The notes beneath the pieces are model-generated. The model was not told where the DNA came from and searched no databases. It was given only the letters and a program-made list of their open reading frames with translations. Below are positions 23,508 through 29,437 of a stretch of 29,437 nt of DNA, in pieces (positions within the stretch are counted from its first letter, which is position 1; every line of letters starts with the position of its first letter). This DNA comes from a virus (lineage: Duplodnaviria; Caudoviricetes): positions 1-29,437 of the IMG/VR virus record IMGVR_UViG_3300037309_000019. One strand, written 5' to 3'. A program made the translations under genes and the position numbers.

Positions 23508-24347
23508 ATGGCAACAAATACCAAAACACAGACACCAGATTACGGTTACTTTGACGAAGGCGCAGACTTGCAAGAGCAGACGTTGCAAGCGATGGGCTTT
23601 CGCCGCGTGCAGCACTTCAACGAAAGCACCACGTATCACCGAGGCTCGGTGATCGAACGTGGCGGATATGGCATCAGAAACGAGGATGGCAACGCTCCCC
23701 AGATCGGCAAGACTGAGACGATCAAACATCGCGGCAACAACAGTAGCGTGATGAACGTTTCTCAGTCGCTCGATGTGGCACTCATCGGCTTCAGCCCGCG
23801 CTATTTCGTAATTGAACCGCCCCATGGCAGCGACCTAAAGGCCGAGATTTCGCCCACCTATCAGAGGAATTTACCGGAGGGCTGGAAATGCCGAAGCGCC
23901 ATCAGCCTGTTTGTGGCAGTGAAGGCCGACGAAGAGCGCAACCTCTACGAGTGCAGCTTCAAGGGCTACAACACCGACGATGCAGCAAAACTCATCAACC
24001 AGGCCAAAGCCATCGTCGCCAAGCTGAGCGATGAAGCCAGCGGCAAGCGCGGCAAGCCCACCCGCATTCACACGTTCGGTCTGTGGCTGCCACTGGGGGT
24101 AGCCGAAAGCCGCATGGTGGGCACGATCGAGCAATCGCCCGTCACGCCCCCGAAGTGGAACATCATCGAAGGCGAGAACCTCACCCCTCGCATGGTGAGC
24201 AAAGACGACTACCTTCGCTTCATCGAACTGCGCAAAGAACTGGATGTGTTTTTGGCGACGGGCCGCTACGAAGGCCGACAAGTCGCGCAGATTGTAGCCC
24301 CGCAAGCCCTTCCTGCGTTGGCAAGCGCAGACGCAGACCGCTACTAA
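23508..24347 (+). CDS. Hypothetical replication/recombination-region protein (possible ssDNA-binding/annealing)
   Basis: 279 aa, SD AAGGA. Function is inferred from position only. Confidence 0.75.
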   Translation: MATNTKTQTPDYGYFDEGADLQEQTLQAMGFRRVQHFNESTTYHRGSVIERGGYGIRNEDGNAPQIGKTETIKHRGNNSSVMNVSQSLDVALIGFSPRYFVIEPPHGSDLKAEISPTYQRNLPEGWKCRSAISLFVAVKADEERNLYECSFKGYNTDDAAKLINQAKAIVAKLSDEASGKRGKPTRIHTFGLWLPLGVAESRMVGTIEQSPVTPPKWNIIEGENLTPRMVSKDDYLRFIELRKELDVFLATGRYEGRQVAQIVAPQALPALASADADRY

Positions 24348-24358
24348 AACTTCAAGTG

Positions 24359-24389
24359 GGCATGGCCTTGTGATGAGCAAGGCCATGCC
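24359..24389 (+). other. Intergenic 12-bp perfect hairpin without U-tract
   Basis: GGCATGGCCTTG-TGATGAG-CAAGGCCATGCC, directly before an AAGGA SD. Confidence 0.75.
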
Positions 24390-24401
24390 AAAGGATAAAA
24401 C

Positions 24402-24842
24402 ATGAAAGACGATTTTGAAATTTTTGATGTGAGCGCAAACGGCAACGGTGCAGATGCAACGATGGCTGAGCAAGCCCGCAACGACATCTACGCCGGTTTT
24501 TTGGCAAACGAGAACGGCTATCTGGTCGCAACCATGATGGACATTGACGACAGCTACAAAGCGCTGGCGCAGGCGCGTATTGTCCTGAGTGACGCGACCG
24601 ACAAAGTTAACGATTGTGCCGATGCCCTCAGTGTGGCCGAGGCCGAAATGATTCTGGGCGGGCATGTGACGGGCAGCAACGAGACGCAGCGCAAAGCCAA
24701 GTTGGACGACATGACGCGCGGCTTGTCGTCCAACTTGCGCAATGCTCAGAAGAGCCAACGCGTCGCCCAACTCAAATACGACCTCGCCAGAGACGGCGTA
24801 GAGCAGTGGCGTTTGTTTGTTCAGATCAAGGCCAACAATTAG
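24402..24842 (+). CDS. Coiled-coil hypothetical protein
   Basis: 146 aa, helical, with GSNETQRKA motif; SD AAGGA. Confidence 0.8.
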   Translation: MKDDFEIFDVSANGNGADATMAEQARNDIYAGFLANENGYLVATMMDIDDSYKALAQARIVLSDATDKVNDCADALSVAEAEMILGGHVTGSNETQRKAKLDDMTRGLSSNLRNAQKSQRVAQLKYDLARDGVEQWRLFVQIKANN

Positions 24843-24843
24843 G

Positions 24844-24898
24844 GCAACTACGTTCATGCACAGGGCGGTTCCCCCTAGCTCTGTGCATGAACGGTTGC
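24844..24898 (+). other. Intergenic long hairpin (~21 bp) without U-tract
   Basis: GCAAC-ta-CGTTCATGCACAGGGC...GCTCTGTGCATGAACG-GTTGC. Confidence 0.75.
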
Positions 24899-24909
24899 AA
24901 AACACAACT

Positions 24910-25245
24910 ATGCAAGTAGAACAAATCATAAAAATCCTAGAGATGGCAAATAACAGCGCAAGCACGCCCGCAGCCGTAGATGTTGGCGGGTACGAGGTCG
25001 GCAAAAACTACCTCATCCGCACCGTGACGTTTATTTACACCGGCCATCTGGTGGCGGTGTACCACGACACGCTAAAACTAACCCAAGCCGCCTGGATTGC
25101 CGACACGGGCCGCTATGCCGATGCGGTAGAGCATGGGAGTTTCGATGAGGTCGAACCCATCAAAGTGCCCTACGTCCTCATTGGGCGCGGTGCGATTGTG
25201 GACGCGCAGCCCATCCCTTTTGCGCTGCCCGACAGCCAAAAATGA
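24910..25245 (+). CDS. Small beta-barrel (Sm/SH3-like) phage protein
   Basis: 111 aa from ATG 24910: EVGKNYLIRTVTFIYTGHLVAV...LTQAAWIADTGRY...IGRGAIVDA. Confidence 0.8.
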   Translation: MQVEQIIKILEMANNSASTPAAVDVGGYEVGKNYLIRTVTFIYTGHLVAVYHDTLKLTQAAWIADTGRYADAVEHGSFDEVEPIKVPYVLIGRGAIVDAQPIPFALPDSQK

Positions 25246-25460
25246 ACCAAGCCATTTTGAAAAACGGATTCGATTGGTCGGGGTCTCGGTCGGGGTCTCG
25301 GTCGGGGTCTCGGTCGGGGTCGTGGTCGGGGTCTCGGTCGGGGTCTCGGTCGTGGTCTCGGTCGTGGTCTCGGTCGTGGTCTCGGTCGTGGTCTCGGTCG
25401 GGGTCGGGGTCTCGGCCTCGGACGTGGTCTCAGTCTCGGCGGTGGTCGGGGTCGGGGTAA
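25242..25460 (+). CDS. Ser-(Gly/Arg/Trp) dipeptide-repeat peptide
   Basis: ATGA-coupled to the upstream gene. MNQAILKNGFDW is followed by (SG/SR/SW)n, and it stops just before the primase SD. Confidence 0.7.
   Translation: MNQAILKNGFDWSGSRSGSRSGSRSGSWSGSRSGSRSWSRSWSRSWSRSWSRSGSGSRPRTWSQSRRWSGSG
25275..25457 (+). repeat. Hexamer/12-mer tandem repeat (TCGGGG, TCTCGG, TCGTGG)
   Basis: Directly visible; there is no adenine from 25274 to 25421. Confidence 0.95.
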
Positions 25461-25477
25461 CCAAAAGGTGGCACACT

Positions 25478-25933
25478 ATGAACTTCAAACAAGCAGCATT
25501 GCAGTACGCAAAAAAAGGCTGGGCGGTATTCCCGCTCAAGCCAAAAACAAAAGAGCCGGCAACAGCACACGGTTTTAAAGACGCGACCACCGACGCAAGC
25601 CAAATTGAAACCTGGTGGAACAGCAACCCCAACTACAACGTTGGGGTTGCTACCGGCGAGGTTAGCGGCGTGTGGGTGTTGGATTTAGACGGCTCGGACG
25701 GCATAGCCCAATGGGACAAACAGCAACTCAATTGGGGGATTGAGGTAAAAACTCTCTCGGCGAAAACGGGTGGCGGCGGCAAGCACCTGTTTTTTAAGCA
25801 CGTTGGAGTAAAGATTAAAAATCGCACTAATCTATTGCCAAACGTGGACATTCGCGGCGATGGTGGGTATGTGGTGGTTGCGCCTTCGGTGCATCCCAAC
25901 GGCAACGTTTACGAATGGTTGACCAATGTTTGA
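25478..25933 (+). CDS. Bifunctional DNA primase/polymerase (Prim-Pol) N-terminal domain
   Basis: Motifs GWAVFPL, HGFKDAT, NVGVATG, VLDLD, TGGGGKHLFF and DIRGDGGYVVVAPSVH. Start ATG 25478 with SD AAGGTGG. Confidence 0.93.
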   Translation: MNFKQAALQYAKKGWAVFPLKPKTKEPATAHGFKDATTDASQIETWWNSNPNYNVGVATGEVSGVWVLDLDGSDGIAQWDKQQLNWGIEVKTLSAKTGGGGKHLFFKHVGVKIKNRTNLLPNVDIRGDGGYVVVAPSVHPNGNVYEWLTNV

Positions 25934-27728
25934 TGTTGCAGACACCCCGCCACAACTGTTTAACCTGTTGTTTGACGACGAGGCGTTGGCGAAAGCCAGG
26001 GGCGAAAAACCCCAGACACAAATCTACGAGCTCAGCGGACGCGCACCATCACGTTACTACGAGGTTGCGCTAGAGCGAGAGTGCGACCGTGTGCGTAACG
26101 CCCTCAAGGGCACTCGCAACGATACGCTCAACCGAGCAGCGTTTTCACTGGGTCAGTTGATTTGTGATGGTGGCCTTGACCGCCCAACCGTTGAGCGCGA
26201 GTTGATGAGAGCGGCGCTGGCGTGTGGATTGGGTGAGGCCGAAGCTGCAAAAACGATCAAAAGCGGTTTGGACGATGGCATGATGCACCCCCGGCAGATC
26301 AAACCGATGACACAGCATACGCCAGCTAGCTACGCCGAGGAGCAGGCCGCGAATGTAGTCGCTGCCCATGAGCAAAAGGACGAGAGCTATCTGATACGGC
26401 TGCCTCTGACTGACTTGGGCAATGCAGAGTGTTTGGCAGAGCGGCACGGCGAAAACGTGCGTTACGACAACATCAACAAAAAATGGCTGATGTGGGACGG
26501 GCAACGGTGGGCGATGGACTCGCGGCGTGCCGTAGAGCGCATGATGAACGAAACCATGCGCGCACGACGAGACGCATACAACAAAGACAAAAACGAAATT
26601 GGATGGAAGTTTGCCATTCGCAGCGAGAACGCTGCCAAGATCGAGGCAGGCATGAAGCGGGCGCAAGCGTTGGAGGGCATCGTAACCGTTGTACAGGAAT
26701 ACGACACCAACACCATGTTGGCGTGTGCAGGAGATACGACGATTGATCTAGAAACGGTGACGATGCGACCCAGCAACCGCAACGACCTCATCACCATGAG
26801 AACGGGCGCAGATTACTACGAAGGTGCGACTTGCCCGACCTGGTTGCAGTTTATGGAGGAGCTATTCCCCGCCCAGCCTGCCATGCAGGCGTATGTTCAG
26901 CGGGCATGGGGCTACTCGCTCACCGGCGACATTCGAGAACAGTGCTTTTTTATGTGTCACGGCCTGGGCGCAAATGGCAAAAGCACATTCCTAAACGTGT
27001 TGCACGCGCTGCTGGGCGACTATGCCCAAACCGCTGACTTTACGTTGTTCGAGGCAGATACCAGCGAGAGCCGGAGCGACCTAGCTAATTTTCGTGCGGC
27101 GCGTGTGCTGACGGTGGCAGAGAACGACCAGGACAAACGATTGGCCGAGGGACGCATCAAACGCATCACAGGTGGCGAGAAGATCACCGCGCGAGAGCTA
27201 TACGCCATGCCGTTCACCTACAAGCCGAAATTCAAACTGTGGATGGCGATGAATCACAAACCCGTTATTCGCGGTGCTGATGATGGCATCTGGAGGCGCA
27301 TTCAATTCATCACGTTCAGTCAATCGTTCAAGGGGCGCGAGGACAAAACTTTAGAGCAACGGCTACGAGGCGAACTGAGCGGGATTCTCAACTGGGCACT
27401 ACATGGCCTGCGCGATTGGCACGCACAGGGTTTAAACCCGCCCGCCGAGGTGAGGCAGGCCACCGAGGAGTATCGGCGCGAGAGCGATCTCATCGGCCAA
27501 TGGATTGAAGCGTGTTGTTTGCTGGATAACAAAATGATGATGAACGCCGCCGATGGATACGAGAGCTATACCAAGTGGTGTGAAGAAGTGGGCTTGCGGG
27601 CCGTGGCAAAAGTGACGTGGGGGCGGCAGTTGCGCGAGAAAAACGTTCAGCCGTATCTGTCATCGGGGCAAGCAAAATATCGCGGCATCGGTCTTAGAGA
27701 CAACCGCGAACTAAACATACAGGTGTGA
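25926..27728 (+). CDS. P4-family/D5-like primase-helicase (PriCT-like, D5_N, SF3 helicase)
   Basis: Motifs GTRNDTLN, TDLGNAE, Walker A GLGANGKST, IKRITGGE, NHKP and DDGIWRRI. Confidence 0.95.
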   Translation: MFDVADTPPQLFNLLFDDEALAKARGEKPQTQIYELSGRAPSRYYEVALERECDRVRNALKGTRNDTLNRAAFSLGQLICDGGLDRPTVERELMRAALACGLGEAEAAKTIKSGLDDGMMHPRQIKPMTQHTPASYAEEQAANVVAAHEQKDESYLIRLPLTDLGNAECLAERHGENVRYDNINKKWLMWDGQRWAMDSRRAVERMMNETMRARRDAYNKDKNEIGWKFAIRSENAAKIEAGMKRAQALEGIVTVVQEYDTNTMLACAGDTTIDLETVTMRPSNRNDLITMRTGADYYEGATCPTWLQFMEELFPAQPAMQAYVQRAWGYSLTGDIREQCFFMCHGLGANGKSTFLNVLHALLGDYAQTADFTLFEADTSESRSDLANFRAARVLTVAENDQDKRLAEGRIKRITGGEKITARELYAMPFTYKPKFKLWMAMNHKPVIRGADDGIWRRIQFITFSQSFKGREDKTLEQRLRGELSGILNWALHGLRDWHAQGLNPPAEVRQATEEYRRESDLIGQWIEACCLLDNKMMMNAADGYESYTKWCEEVGLRAVAKVTWGRQLREKNVQPYLSSGQAKYRGIGLRDNRELNIQV

Positions 27729-27729
27729 G

Positions 27730-27924
27730 ATGAAAAAACAAAAAGCCCAAAAACGCGTTGGACTGTTGTTTGTCAGCCAGGCCACCTACGACGAGGCCAT
27801 GAAAAAGATAGACGAGACCAGCGCAGACGAGACGACGATGGCGGCGTTATCTGACGATGACGCAAGCATGTTTAACGAGGTGATTGATGGAACTATGCAA
27901 GACGCTGGTGAGTTACGGATTTGA
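27730..27924 (+). CDS. Hypothetical protein
   Basis: 64 aa, SD AGGTG, abuts the helicase stop. Confidence 0.55.
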   Translation: MKKQKAQKRVGLLFVSQATYDEAMKKIDETSADETTMAALSDDDASMFNEVIDGTMQDAGELRI

Positions 27925-28273
27925 GTTGCGCATAGTGAGAGATGGCGACATCGAGCGTGTGGAGGCCAAACGCACGGCACACACCACGCTGACCGTGAAA
28001 GCCTCATCGCAACTGTTACTGCAACTCAGTCGCTGCCAAGATCAGGCATTGAGTTACCTGAGCGGCAAGAAAGAAGTTGTATATGTGATTCCTCGTGTAC
28101 GGCAAATTGAAGAGCGTTTAGACAGCGGCCAGGCCAGCGAGTTAGAAGAGGCGGCTTTGGTGCACGAGTGGAATCACCTGATGGGATTTGAGCCACATCA
28201 CGGCAACGAGAGCAGAGAACAACTATGGAGGCGTGCTGTCGCGGAGTGGCATCAGCAAGGAGTAAGAAAATAA
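27887..28273 (+). CDS. Hypothetical protein
   Basis: About 128 aa, SD GAGGTG. Confidence 0.65.
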   Translation: MELCKTLVSYGFELRIVRDGDIERVEAKRTAHTTLTVKASSQLLLQLSRCQDQALSYLSGKKEVVYVIPRVRQIEERLDSGQASELEEAALVHEWNHLMGFEPHHGNESREQLWRRAVAEWHQQGVRK

Positions 28274-28276
28274 CAA

Positions 28277-28684
28277 ATGGCTACATCACAACACATCGCC
28301 GCCATCGGCGCAGCGCAACCACATAAGCCGCTGACAGTGTATCAGCGCCGCCGAAACGATCGGGCGCAAAAAGATTTCGCAGAATATCAAGCACAGCAAA
28401 ATGAGCTTGATATTCAAAAGAAGATCGAAGAGCTATTGCAGGTGACTGGCTGGTTAGTGATTCGCATGAGCCAAACCCGCGCTGTGTATGGCGGTTTGGT
28501 GGGACTTCCGGACGTGATGGCATTCCGGCGCGGTGTGACGTTGTTTATCGAGTGCAAACGAAACGCTGCCAGCAAACTCCGCGATTCTCAAAAACATTTT
28601 GCGCAGAATATTCGTGAACATCTCTCGCCTACGCTGCGATACGTCGTGGCGTATAGCGTTGAAGATGTTGAAAAGGTGATATGA
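28277..28684 (+). CDS. VRR-NUC family PD-(D/E)XK nuclease
   Basis: ELDIQKKI...GLPDVMAFRRGVTLFIECKR...LRDSQKHF. Confidence 0.88.
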   Translation: MATSQHIAAIGAAQPHKPLTVYQRRRNDRAQKDFAEYQAQQNELDIQKKIEELLQVTGWLVIRMSQTRAVYGGLVGLPDVMAFRRGVTLFIECKRNAASKLRDSQKHFAQNIREHLSPTLRYVVAYSVEDVEKVI

Positions 28685-28977
28685 CACTCGCAGTAGGCCA
28701 GATCATCAAAACCGGAATCAACGAATGGATTGTTGACGACATCAAAGACGGTGATGTGTTTATGCGAATTGTGCGCGGCAACATAGCGTATTTGCCGGGT
28801 GTTCGTATGAGCATGTCCATTGTGGAGGAGGCCATGAAAATGACGCATCCCGAAACTCTCAACCCAAACGGCATTACCGCTATGTTGCAAGCAGAACGCA
28901 AGGAAGCAGCACCCTCGCAAGCCGCGACCGCAACGCGCTTGCGGGTTACTGCCTCATTTTGGAGGGGAAATAGATGA
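28681..28977 (+). CDS. Hypothetical protein
   Basis: ATGA-coupled, SD AAGGTG. Confidence 0.7.
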   Translation: MTLAVGQIIKTGINEWIVDDIKDGDVFMRIVRGNIAYLPGVRMSMSIVEEAMKMTHPETLNPNGITAMLQAERKEAAPSQAATATRLRVTASFWRGNR

Positions 28978-29228
28978 CCCGCCTACGCAATGCTCGCGGC
29001 CAGTTTTTACCAACCCGCGAGCCGCTAACGCCGCTCATTTGGGAGCAAGCCGACGCTACGCTATGCGTAATAGCAAAGCCAAAGCGATGCTCGATCTGCG
29101 GAGGGCTGCGAGATCGCGGGCCAGATCAGCGGTATTGCGCAGCGTGCCACGCAGAGGCGCAGCGAAAGTATCGCAAGCGCCAGGCGGCACTAATTGAGGC
29201 CGGAAGGGCTGCATTAGCAGCCGCGTGA
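28974..29228 (+). CDS. Small Zn-finger protein
   Basis: CSICG...YCAACH followed by a basic helix; ATGA-coupled. Confidence 0.7.
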   Translation: MTRLRNARGQFLPTREPLTPLIWEQADATLCVIAKPKRCSICGGLRDRGPDQRYCAACHAEAQRKYRKRQAALIEAGRAALAAA

Positions 29229-29254
29229 AACGGTTTTTAGGCCGCGTGAAACGG
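29220..29254. repeat. 14-bp direct repeat GCCGCGTGAAACGG, two copies
   Basis: Copies at 29220-29233 and 29241-29254. Confidence 0.8.
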
Positions 29255-29273
29255 AATGTTTGATGCGAAACAT

Positions 29274-29437
29274 ATGGACAACACAAACAAGATTTTGATA
29301 GGTCTTTTTGCTGCGTTGATGTTAACCGGTTGTGGCGCATCCGCTGGCTTTGACGCACAAGCACAGCGCGGCTATGCCGATGCTGTGCATCAGAACGCAC
29401 TAAATGACGCGACTGCGCTTAGCACAGTTAGCACAGC
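29274..29437 (+). CDS. Putative lipoprotein (partial, runs off the window)
   Basis: MDNTNKILIGLFAALMLTGCGASAG... with lipobox LTGC; open to the window end. Confidence 0.7.
   Translation, partial: MDNTNKILIGLFAALMLTGCGASAGFDAQAQRGYADAVHQNALNDATALSTVST

Larger units (their letters stand above)
1..29437. mobile_element. Tailed phage/prophage segment (HK97-fold capsid, long non-contractile tail), probably temperate, probable Chloroflexota host
   Basis: Contiguous terminase-portal-capsid-tail module, divergent XRE repressor switch and D5-type replication module. No host genes are visible. Confidence 0.97.

Noticed and set aside
23871-25004. 377-aa minus-strand ORF and other long antisense ORFs (e.g. 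16271..17131, 5520..6158)
   Set aside because: They are shadows of well-supported genes on the opposite strand, with no motifs or RBS.
25280-25415. Cluster of GGTCTC (BsaI/Eco31I) sites as a restriction decoy or synthetic construct
   Set aside because: It follows automatically from NGG-TCT-CGG codons, and there is no other sign of engineering.
25275-25457. Tandem repeat as a CRISPR array
   Set aside because: The units are 6-12 bp with no unique spacers, and no cas genes are present.
25133-25477. VSVG-repeat N-terminal extension of Prim-Pol (ORF 25133..25933) and the antisense TETTT ORF 25078..25632
   Set aside because: These are by-products of a stop-free repeat. The Ser-X frame has coupled start and stop, and Prim-Pol has its own SD and ATG at 25478.

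Overview
The whole window is part of a tailed dsDNA siphovirus-type phage or prophage. The host is probably Chloroflexota, inferred from an EAD7-like domain, an FLPIV motif and the styles of the holin and RHH genes. Left arm (minus strand, ~20,000 to 1): a late operon with a holin-like membrane cassette, a four-gene fibre-like cassette, TerS/TerL, portal, a gp10-like protein, a fused protease-scaffold-HK97 capsid ORF, connector, terminator, tail tube, tail chaperone with a -1 frameshift, tape measure, Dit, tail hub and a truncated tail fibre that the ORF track missed. Centre: an AT-rich origin-like region with a perfect 29-bp inverted repeat, then a divergent repressor/Cro-like switch. Right arm (plus strand): small early genes, an Sm/SH3-like protein coupled to a Ser-(Arg/Gly/Trp) repeat peptide, a Prim-Pol/D5 primase-helicase split by one base, and a VRR-NUC nuclease. 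The best find is an unannotated, start-less EAD7-like immune-adaptor domain. It appears reachable only by a -1 frameshift (C CCA AAC, 6-nt spacer, stem-loop) from a small membrane protein next to the holin. A 50-bp terminator leader is also duplicated identically behind two -10 boxes. I saw no integrase, endolysin, tRNA or CRISPR array. All family calls come from motif recognition by eye, not from database searches.
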